Positions 28,812 to 35,640 of a stretch of 35,640 bases of DNA are shown piece by piece. Within the stretch, counting starts at the first letter, position 1, and each line of letters opens with the position of its first letter. Source of the DNA: Candidatus Sulfobium sp. (GTDB lineage: Bacteria > Nitrospirota > Thermodesulfovibrionia > Thermodesulfovibrionales > UBA6898). The stretch lies in NCBI GenBank assembly GCA_037380845.1, contig JARRRI010000010.1, positions 38,826 through 74,465 on the forward strand. The letters are read 5' to 3'. A program made the translations under genes and the position numbers. A model generated the notes under the pieces. That model was not told the DNA's origin. It worked only from the letters and a program-made list of their open reading frames with translations, and did not search any database.

Positions 28812-28838
28812 AACCCGGACCGTCTCAAAACAACCATT

Positions 28839-29594
28839 CTACCCATTCCGGTCTTTGTTCATCCCCGGGGAGTGAACGTACAAATATCCGACGCTCCGGA
28901 CCGTCTTTATGCGGTCCGTGCCCCCCGACCCGTGGCCGAGTTTCCTGCGAAGACTGCTCACATGAACGTCTATGCTTCGGTCGTAAGGGGAGAGGTCGCG
29001 CCCCAGAATCTTCCTGCTGAGGTCCCTGCGTGTGACCACCTTCCCGACCATGCGCAACAACTCTTCCAGAAGGCTGAACTCGACCGCGGTCAGCTCCAGC
29101 TCTCTGCCGGACCTTTTGACGGTCCGGCTGGCGGGGTCCAGTTCAACGTCACCTTCCACGAGAGGCGCCAGACCCTCATCCTGCTCACTGTCCGGAACCA
29201 TCCTGCGCTGTATGGCACGGATACGTGCAACAAGTTCGCGCGGATTGAACGGCTTAGGCAGGTAATCGTCGGCACCCATTTCAAGCCCTACGATCCGGTC
29301 CACGTCGTCACCACGGGCCGTCAGCATCAACACCGGACTCCTTGACTTCTCGCGAATATGTCGCAGCACCTCAAAGCCGCTCATCCCCGGCAGCATAACA
29401 TCCAGAACAACGAGGCCATGCTCCCCGGCAAGCGACCGCTCGATCCCCCTTCCCGCTTCAGAAACCGTTTCGACCTCGAACCCTTCCATTCCCAGGTATT
29501 CGAAAAGCAGTTCACACAACTCCCGGTCGTCGTCGATAACAAGTATCCTGTGCGGCCGTCTGCTCTTGCCTCCTGAGAGTTCAGTATTATCCAC
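28839..29594 (-). CDS. CpxR-like OmpR-family response regulator
   Basis: LVIDDD, LDVMLP, MLTARG, KPFNPREL, DRSIDVHVSSLRRKL, KTVRSVGY. Confidence 0.92.
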   Translation of the reverse strand: MDNTELSGGKSRRPHRILVIDDDRELCELLFEYLGMEGFEVETVSEAGRGIERSLAGEHGLVVLDVMLPGMSGFEVLRHIREKSRSPVLMLTARGDDVDRIVGLEMGADDYLPKPFNPRELVARIRAIQRRMVPDSEQDEGLAPLVEGDVELDPASRTVKRSGRELELTAVEFSLLEELLRMVGKVVTRRDLSRKILGRDLSPYDRSIDVHVSSLRRKLGHGSGGTDRIKTVRSVGYLYVHSPGMNKDRNG

Positions 29595-29702
29595 TGATCC
29601 TCATTACCGGAGCGAAAGTTCTGCTCGATTTCCCCTTAATTCATGTTCATTCACGGTTTCCACGCTCTTCAATATTCTACCCTGAAAAGACCATCCCACG
29701 CT

Positions 29703-29717
29703 GTAAAGAATTGTAAA
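29703..29717 (+). promoter_or_regulatory. CpxR binding box
   Basis: GTAAA-GAATT-GTAAA is an exact GTAAA-N5-GTAAA match, between the divergent cpxR-like and spy/cpxP-like genes. Confidence 0.75.
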
Positions 29718-29894
29718 GGGCCGGTGATGACGCTTAACATATCTTTTCCATTCTTGACCGCCCCTTAACCCACACTTAAAGAGAACTGATGTACTATAAA
29801 TCCATGGATCGATCCATGAAAGGCAGCGACAAAGCCGGGAAAGGTAGCCGGTCGAAAAGTCGAGCAAACATCGAAGAAAGAAAGGAGAACCACA

Positions 29895-30287
29895 ATGAAA
29901 CATGCAGAGGTAATGCCGGGAAAGAAGGTCTTATCGCCGGGTGCGATGCTGCTGGCCGTCTTCGCACTGATTGTCTTCGCTTCACTTGATCTCTACGCGC
30001 CGCCTGTCCAGGCGGCAGGCCTTCGCGGGATGAAAAGATCACCCGAACAGATAACAGCCAGGTTGAAAGACCGGCTCAATCTCACGGCTGAGCAAACAAA
30101 GCAAATCGAGCCCATTATCAGGGAAAGTATGGCCAAACGCCGGGAACTGGTGAAAGAAATGCAGCAGCTCAGGCAATCCACCGATACCAGGATCAACGCG
30201 GTACTGACAAAAAAACAGGCCATAGAGTTTCAGAAGATCAGGGACAGACGCCGGGCAAGGATGTGGAAGCGGGCCGGCCACAGATAA
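29895..30287 (+). CDS. Spy/CpxP-like periplasmic protein (LTxxQ motifs)
   Basis: Signal peptide, LNLTAEQ and VLTKKQ motifs, AAGGAG RBS, divergent from the cpxRA-like genes. Confidence 0.8.
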   Translation: MKHAEVMPGKKVLSPGAMLLAVFALIVFASLDLYAPPVQAAGLRGMKRSPEQITARLKDRLNLTAEQTKQIEPIIRESMAKRRELVKEMQQLRQSTDTRINAVLTKKQAIEFQKIRDRRRARMWKRAGHR

Positions 30288-30558
30288 AATAAGAGGTATC
30301 CGGCTGTGCACGAAGACACAATGGAGGCTGATAACAACCTCCATCGTGTCCGGCCGGAACGTCTTCAGAGTCGATTGCCGGAAGAGGACTTCCAAGGCAA
30401 CTGTCTGTCATTTCAGCCGCCCTGTCCAGGCTGAAGAAGAATGTTTGCGGGTCCTTCCACATTCGTTAATCCGCTTTTACTGTTGACGAAAAGGTCTCTT
30501 CGTGCAAATAATAACTCGTCTCTGTCGAGGGAGAAAATATAATTACAGGAGGCTTCAA

Positions 30559-31254
30559 ATGTCTGATCGGACGTCAGCTCGGTGGTTAAACATCTTTCTG
30601 CTCTTCACGGTCTTGTCAACAGCAATGGTTGTCAGCGGCTGCGGAGGAGGCAAGCCTGAAGCGGTATGGAATGTGGCCGGCAGCTGGTACGTGTACCATG
30701 ATGCTGCCGGTACGCCGGGGGAACAGGGTCCGGACCTTTTTACCTTCACGCAGTCCGACAACGACCTCTCCGGAACAACGGGAGAGGGCGAAATCTTCAC
30801 CGGCAGCGTAAGCGGTACGGATGTCAGTTTCTCATGGACCGGAAGCGACGGCACTTCCTATACTTACAACGGAACGGCGAGTAACGGCAACATGACCGGT
30901 ACGTGGAGCAGCAACACCGGGCAGTCCGGCACCTGGCACGCCATAATAAACCTGGACCCCATCGTCACCGATCTGGGCGGCAACTGGAATATCTACACAA
31001 CGACGGACTCAACGGAACAGGGACCGGATGTCTTTGCTTTGATGCAGTCGGGCAACAGCATCTCGGGGACAGCGAAGGAAGGTGAACCACTCAAGGGAAG
31101 TATCGGCAACAGATACATCCTTTTCTCCTGGACCGACAGCAGCGGAACCACTTATGTCTATATCGGGACTGTTACCGGCAGCTCCGACATGTCAGGCACA
31201 TGGACGACCCCCGGAGGCCAATCAGGGACCTGGCGGGCAACAAAGATCGGCTGA
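30559..31254 (+). CDS. Lipoprotein with two tandem ~90-aa Gly/Thr/Ser/Trp-rich beta-repeat domains
   Basis: AGGAGG RBS, lipobox VVSG-C. Each repeat reads G.W...EQGPD.F...QS.N..SGT...GS....FSWT.S.GT.Y.Y.GT....M.GTW....GQSGTW.A. Confidence 0.8.
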   Translation: MSDRTSARWLNIFLLFTVLSTAMVVSGCGGGKPEAVWNVAGSWYVYHDAAGTPGEQGPDLFTFTQSDNDLSGTTGEGEIFTGSVSGTDVSFSWTGSDGTSYTYNGTASNGNMTGTWSSNTGQSGTWHAIINLDPIVTDLGGNWNIYTTTDSTEQGPDVFALMQSGNSISGTAKEGEPLKGSIGNRYILFSWTDSSGTTYVYIGTVTGSSDMSGTWTTPGGQSGTWRATKIG

Positions 31255-31276
31255 CACTTACAAAGCCTTCCGGAAG

Positions 31277-31324
31277 CCCTCCCCTCTGTCCCCTCCCCTC
31301 TCAGGGAGGGGGCGCGGGTGAGGG
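31277..31324. repeat. REP-like GC-rich palindromic element between convergent genes
   Basis: CCCTCCCCTCTGTCCCCTCCC-CTCTCA-GGGAGGGGGCGCGGGTGAGGG nested inverted repeat. Confidence 0.55.
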
Positions 31325-31363
31325 ACACCCGGTTCAATATCTGTTCCGGGTCCCGGTGTCGGT

Positions 31364-32011
31364 TCACCCCTTCCCGGACCTCTCCTTCAGCCAGGAGATC
31401 CATCCCGGTATGCCCTCGCCCGTCTTGCAGGAGACTTCGAAGATCTTGATCTGAGGGTTCAGGGAAAGTGTGTCTTTCCTGATCTTGCCGATATCCGCAT
31501 CAACATAAGTTGCGAGGTCTACTTTATTGAGTATGAGCGCCGAGGACTCCTGGAACATCAGGGGATACTTCAGTGGTTTGTCGTGGCCTTCGGCAATGCT
31601 CAACACCATCACCTTCATGTCTTCGCCCACCTTGAACTCCGCCGGACAGACCAGGTTGCCGACATTTTCTATGAATACGACATCCAGCTCATCCAGGGGA
31701 AGGTCGCCCAGGACCTCGGACACCATGTTCGAATCCAGATGACAGGCGCCTCCGGTGTTGATCTGCACGACGGGGACGCCCAACTCGTTCACCCTCTCGG
31801 CGTCATCGCTCCCGGCGATGTCGCCTTCTATTACCCCTACTCGAAGGCCCCCTTTCTGCGCTATCGTCCTCTCCAGGAGCGAAGTTTTGCCTGCACCCGG
31901 CCCGCTCATAAGATTTATCACGAATACCCCGGCACGATCGAATATTTTCCGGTTCTCGATTGCTATTCTGTCGTTGGCCTCGAGTATCCTGCTTACCACC
32001 TTCACCTTCAT
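31364..32011 (-). CDS. hypB: Hydrogenase nickel incorporation GTPase HypB
   Basis: NLMSGPGAGKTSLL, IEGD, TGGACHLD, ENVGNLVCPA, DKPLKYP, NKVD. Confidence 0.95.
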   Translation of the reverse strand: MKVKVVSRILEANDRIAIENRKIFDRAGVFVINLMSGPGAGKTSLLERTIAQKGGLRVGVIEGDIAGSDDAERVNELGVPVVQINTGGACHLDSNMVSEVLGDLPLDELDVVFIENVGNLVCPAEFKVGEDMKVMVLSIAEGHDKPLKYPLMFQESSALILNKVDLATYVDADIGKIRKDTLSLNPQIKIFEVSCKTGEGIPGWISWLKERSGKG

Positions 32012-32355
32012 CAGGAAACCTCCATATCAATAATATCCATTTCGCGGCCGGCTGTAATGGTAAAGGAGCCGCCTCCGCATAACGGGCAACTGAGCACGTA
32101 TTCTTGATCGACCGTGAACTCTTTCCGGCAGTCACTGCACCTGCCCGAGACCGGCACTTCCTCTATCTGCAACACCGCGTTCCGGGCAATAGAACCCTCC
32201 TTTATGGCATCGAAGGCAAAAAGAAGGGCGTCCGGCATGACGCCCGATGCCCTTCCGACTTTCACATTTATCGAATCTATCCTTCCGTATCCGCTCTTAT
32301 TGCACTCCCCGGCGGCTATTTCAAGCAGACTGAGGGCTATGGATGCTTCATGCAT
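32011..32355 (-). CDS. hypA: Hydrogenase nickel metallochaperone HypA
   Basis: Canonical N-terminal MHE at 32355, CSDC...CPLC, GREM. TGATG overlap with hypB. Confidence 0.95.
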   Translation of the reverse strand: MHEASIALSLLEIAAGECNKSGYGRIDSINVKVGRASGVMPDALLFAFDAIKEGSIARNAVLQIEEVPVSGRCSDCRKEFTVDQEYVLSCPLCGGGSFTITAGREMDIIDMEVS

Positions 32356-32665
32356 TCGGTTCTTTGGAAAGCCTCTCCTTCTCCTTATCGTAAGCATCCC
32401 TGCCCGCTTCGACGGCCGACTTCACGAGAGACTTCCTCTCGTCGTAATACTCCTTTCCCTTATCCACATAGGATGTTACCTTGTTCTTCGTCTGGTCCAC
32501 ATATCCCGAAGCCTTGTCCTTCACGTCATCAGCCATATCCTTTATCTTCTGTCTCGTCTCGGTCCCCGCCTGGGGCGCAAGCAGGAGTGCCAGACCCGCC
32601 CCGACGACGCCGCCCAACAGAAACGACAGAAACATCGACCCTGAACTGTAGCCCTCATCTCTCAT
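32348..32665 (-). CDS. YtxH domain-containing protein
   Basis: FLLGGVVGAGLALLLAPQAGTETRQKI followed by an amphipathic repeat. Confidence 0.88.
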   Translation of the reverse strand: MRDEGYSSGSMFLSFLLGGVVGAGLALLLAPQAGTETRQKIKDMADDVKDKASGYVDQTKNKVTSYVDKGKEYYDERKSLVKSAVEAGRDAYDKEKERLSKEPNA

Positions 32666-33045
32666 TTTCCGTCTCCTTTTCCTAAAAGATTGGTTAATAA
32701 AAATTGCAGTCCTGCGACTACACCGGCCTTTAAACTGAGCGCCCTGACCGTAGTGGAAGTACCGAAGGCGCCTGCCAGGTCATTCACCGCCCGCACCGTC
32801 TTTCCGACTTCCCTGACGGAAGCGGAAAACTCCCTGACATCCTCCACAACCCCCTTCGCATTGTCCGATATTTCCCGGACGTTCCCCGCAAAGCCCTGCA
32901 CGTCTTTAAGCACCGGGTCCACCTTCTCCTCGACAGTCTTCCTCAGCGATATGATCATCCTCAAAACCTGCAAAAGCAGAAGGACCAGCATAACGTCGAT
33001 TACGAGCGACGAAACTCCTATAACGATAAGCCAGACATCCATCAT
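32662..33045 (-). CDS. DUF948 (YtxG-like) membrane-anchored coiled-coil protein
   Basis: N-terminal TM plus amphipathic helix; ATGA overlap with the YtxH gene; GGAGGGAG RBS and TATAAT upstream. Confidence 0.7.
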   Translation of the reverse strand: MMDVWLIVIGVSSLVIDVMLVLLLLQVLRMIISLRKTVEEKVDPVLKDVQGFAGNVREISDNAKGVVEDVREFSASVREVGKTVRAVNDLAGAFGTSTTVRALSLKAGVVAGLQFLLTNLLGKGDGK

Positions 33046-33163
33046 CCTCTCTCCCTCCGTGAATTATATCACAATATTTTCACAAACCGAATCATGCCAG
33101 GTTACCTTGATTTTAGTGCCTTAGACCCAACAAGTAAAGAATTTTATGTTATTCTTTAACTCT

Positions 33164-34276
33164 ATGAATGACCGCATTTTTACCAAACGGACACTGGCAC
33201 TGGCAGCCCGCGCCCGGGGAAAGACAAGTCCGAATCCCATGGTAGGGGCTCTTCTGGTCAAAAGTGGCCGGATCATTTCGGAGGGCTATCACAAGAGGGC
33301 CGGGACCCCCCATGCCGAAGCAGTCGCCATAGACGCTGCGGGAGACAGGGCGAGAGGTGCGACACTCTATGTCAGCCTTGAACCCTGCTGTCACGAAGAC
33401 AAGCGGACTCCGCCGTGCACACAGAAGATCATCTCCTCCGGAATCAGGAAAGTGGTAACAGCCATGGAAGACCCGAACCCCAAGGTATCGGGGAGAGGGA
33501 TCGCTGAGTTGAGGAAAGCCGGTATAACCGTAGTCTCCGGGATTTTAAGGGAGGAAGCGGAAAAACTCAATGAGTATTATATAAAACATATCACCACCGG
33601 CACGCCCTTTGTGGTGCTTAAAGTGGCGATGACACTCGACGGGAAAATAGCGACGCCCGAAGGGGAGTCAAAATGGATCACCGGCGATAAGGCCAGGCGA
33701 CTGGTCCACAGACTGCGTGGAGAGGTCGACGGAATCCTAACCGCCATCGGGACGGTAAAGGCCGACAATCCCCGCTTGACCTGCAGGACCGGCCGCGGCA
33801 AAAGCCCGTTGCGCATAGTTATAGATCCTGAGCTTCAGATCGCTCCGGATTCCTGCGTGCTTGAGTCCCCACCCGATACCATCGTTGTGACCAAAAGGCC
33901 CGGTGGCCATCCGACTGCAAAAGACGCCAAAAAATATAGACTCCGCGAAAAGAACGTTCAAATAGTGGAATACGAAGGTGAAAAAGTCGACCTTCCGCTT
34001 TTGATGAAACAACTCGGCAGGAAAGGGATCATCTCAGTGCTCGTCGAGGGAGGTTCGTCCCTGAACAGCTACTGTCTGGAAAGCGGCATAGTGGACAAAC
34101 TGATGTTTTTCATCGCCCCCAAGATCATCGGCGGCAGGGCGTCCTTCACCGCCGTCGGTGGAACGGCCTTCCGCAGACTAAGTGAGGCGCACATGATAAG
34201 AGACATGAAAACAAGAAGGGTCGGAGATGATATCCTGATAGAGGGATACCTTAACCGCAAAGGGCACAGCGCATAG
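33164..34276 (+). CDS. ribD: Riboflavin biosynthesis deaminase/reductase RibD
   Basis: TSPNPMVG, HAE, LEPCCH...TPPC, TLDGKIAT, SKWITG, VEGGS, APKIIGG. Start 33164 or 33146. Confidence 0.95.
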   Translation: MNDRIFTKRTLALAARARGKTSPNPMVGALLVKSGRIISEGYHKRAGTPHAEAVAIDAAGDRARGATLYVSLEPCCHEDKRTPPCTQKIISSGIRKVVTAMEDPNPKVSGRGIAELRKAGITVVSGILREEAEKLNEYYIKHITTGTPFVVLKVAMTLDGKIATPEGESKWITGDKARRLVHRLRGEVDGILTAIGTVKADNPRLTCRTGRGKSPLRIVIDPELQIAPDSCVLESPPDTIVVTKRPGGHPTAKDAKKYRLREKNVQIVEYEGEKVDLPLLMKQLGRKGIISVLVEGGSSLNSYCLESGIVDKLMFFIAPKIIGGRASFTAVGGTAFRRLSEAHMIRDMKTRRVGDDILIEGYLNRKGHSA

Positions 34277-34396
34277 AGTCCGGGACATGACCACGCAACG
34301 TGTTCCCGGCGAAGCTTAGGGCTGAAGTTTTGCTTTCTTTATTGTAACTACTCAGGTATCATATCCGCCGAAGATGATTGATTTCTCGGCACTATT

Positions 34397-34481
34397 CATA
34401 ACCCCTCCCAGCCTCCCCTTAAGTTAAGGGTCCCGAAAGCTTTCGGGATTAAGATAAGAGGGGGTGGAGGGAGAGTTATGA
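34397..34481. repeat. Composite palindromic REP-like element between convergent genes
   Basis: Outer IR TCATAACCCCTCCC/GGGAGAGTTATGA encloses CCCTTAAGTTAAGGG and the perfect 18-bp palindrome TCCCGAAAGCTTTCGGGA (34431-34448). Confidence 0.65.
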
Positions 34482-34551
34482 TTCCATACATGGGTAGTTA
34501 CTGTCTTTTGCCGTTTCCAGCGCCTTGCTCTTTGCGCTATGCCCTATGCTG

Positions 34552-35130
34552 TTATGCGAGTCTGGGTTTAGCCAGGGTTTCCAGTACCCTTAGTTCAAGG
34601 AACCGCTTCGAGGCAGACGACTTAAGCACCATTACAGTATCCGCGCCCTGGCCTGTACCCGCCACGGCGACGACCTCTTCTCCTTCAGGGACCAGACCGG
34701 CGTCGGCAGCCATCATTACGATTTCGCAACAAACTTTGGCACCCTCGCCGAACCTTCTCAGCGACTGGGCAATAATCATGGCAGGATAGATCCCGCTGAA
34801 TTTCGACGAAAGGGACGTCTCGATCGAATGGGTAAGGATGGTCCCGGTGTAAACCCTGGCGCCGTTTTCCCTTATCTTCAGAAGAGTCTCTTCCGGCACC
34901 TCGAAGGTGTTGGGCCCCTTGAACCCCGCCGAATGGGTCACCACTGCAAGGTTCACCCCGCTGCCTTTTAGAGAATCGGAGAACAGGAGCCCCGTTGATC
35001 CGGTAGTGGATGCCACTACTACATGACGGTAGCCGGCCTCCTTCAAGGCCTCCAGCGCGACATCGAGGCACGCGGCAGTGTTGTCCCTGCCGGGATTGTC
35101 AAAATATATTGTCTTCCTGACCGTCGCCAT
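34552..35130 (-). CDS. Pyruvate-kinase C-terminal-like alpha/beta domain protein (MTH1675/DUF1867-like)
   Basis: YFDNPGRDNT, VVVASTTGSTG, VVTH..GF, LRRFGEGAKVCCEI..MAADAG, AGTGQGADT. Confidence 0.8.
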   Translation of the reverse strand: MATVRKTIYFDNPGRDNTAACLDVALEALKEAGYRHVVVASTTGSTGLLFSDSLKGSGVNLAVVTHSAGFKGPNTFEVPEETLLKIRENGARVYTGTILTHSIETSLSSKFSGIYPAMIIAQSLRRFGEGAKVCCEIVMMAADAGLVPEGEEVVAVAGTGQGADTVMVLKSSASKRFLELRVLETLAKPRLA

Positions 35131-35180
35131 AAATTTTCTTTCCTCCGATCAAAATTTTTTCATATCTGGTAGAATTATAC

Positions 35181-35639
35181 ATGACCGCCGGGTCCAGAAT
35201 AAATATCGTCTCCTCAACACCCAGTGAGTTCAGCAGCAATATCACGGTAAATGATGTCGTATATCACGTCCAGACGGAAGATACCGGCAGAAAAACCTCC
35301 CGGATCGTCTCCAGGATTTACCGGCAGGGGGAGGTAGTTTTCACCAAGAAGTCCGATTATGCACACCTCCTGAAGCTGAAGGGGGCTGAGGAAAAGATCA
35401 GGAGTCTCATGGAAAGCCAGCACAGGGCATCAATAGATGCGTTCCTGAAAGAACATACAGTCGAAGAGAAGAAAATAACAGACTATCTGGAGGAGATCAG
35501 GCAGCACCTCCGGAAGGGCGACAACCCTTCAGCCCTGGAATCGGTCAGGCATGCACTTGAGGAATTCCCTTCCGACCTTTTTCTTTTGTCATACTACGGT
35601 TATCTGACGGCGACGGTCGAAAAAAACACCGGGAGGGAA
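35181..35639 (+). CDS. Hypothetical protein, probably TPR-containing, 3'-truncated by the window edge
   Basis: Open frame MTAGSRIN...YHVQTED...ALEEFPSDLFLLSYYGYL runs to the window end; it is absent from the ORF track because it has no stop. Confidence 0.7.
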   Translation, partial: MTAGSRINIVSSTPSEFSSNITVNDVVYHVQTEDTGRKTSRIVSRIYRQGEVVFTKKSDYAHLLKLKGAEEKIRSLMESQHRASIDAFLKEHTVEEKKITDYLEEIRQHLRKGDNPSALESVRHALEEFPSDLFLLSYYGYLTATVEKNTGRE

Positions 35640-35640
35640 T

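Noticed and set aside
33046..33163. FMN riboswitch upstream of ribD
   Set aside because: The spacer is short and AT-rich, holds divergent promoters, and has no RFN consensus.

Overview
Chromosomal, mostly housekeeping DNA from an anaerobic diderm bacterium. Gene content and style suggest Nitrospirota (Thermodesulfovibrio-like) or a deltaproteobacterial relative; this is inference. In order: partial UbiD-family decarboxylase, 4-TM holin-like protein, cysteine synthase, YtxH protein; a minus-strand glnD-tamB-Omp85-surA-like envelope cluster; a histidine kinase with two tandem NtrC-type regulators ahead of a sigma54-driven USP/TauE-SafE/TIGR02186-like/USP operon; aspC-era-DUF151-recO; a PerR, Zn-ribbon, peroxiredoxin, rubrerythrin peroxide-defence cluster; a CpxRA-like system with a divergent Spy/CpxP-like gene; a two-repeat lipoprotein; DUF948-YtxH-hypA-hypB; ribD; a PK_C-like protein and a partial ORF. 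Most notable: (1) the peroxiredoxin is a selenoprotein, with an in-frame UGA at the peroxidatic Cys and a SECIS-like hairpin, missed by the ORF track; (2) a ~170-bp intergenic element occurs twice, with long terminal inverted repeats showing compensatory changes (structured ncRNA or MITE); (3) the second NtrC paralog keeps its receiver but has lost GAFTGA, the arginine fingers and sensor I, so it is a probable pseudo-activator. No transposase, phage, CRISPR array, rRNA or tRNA was seen.
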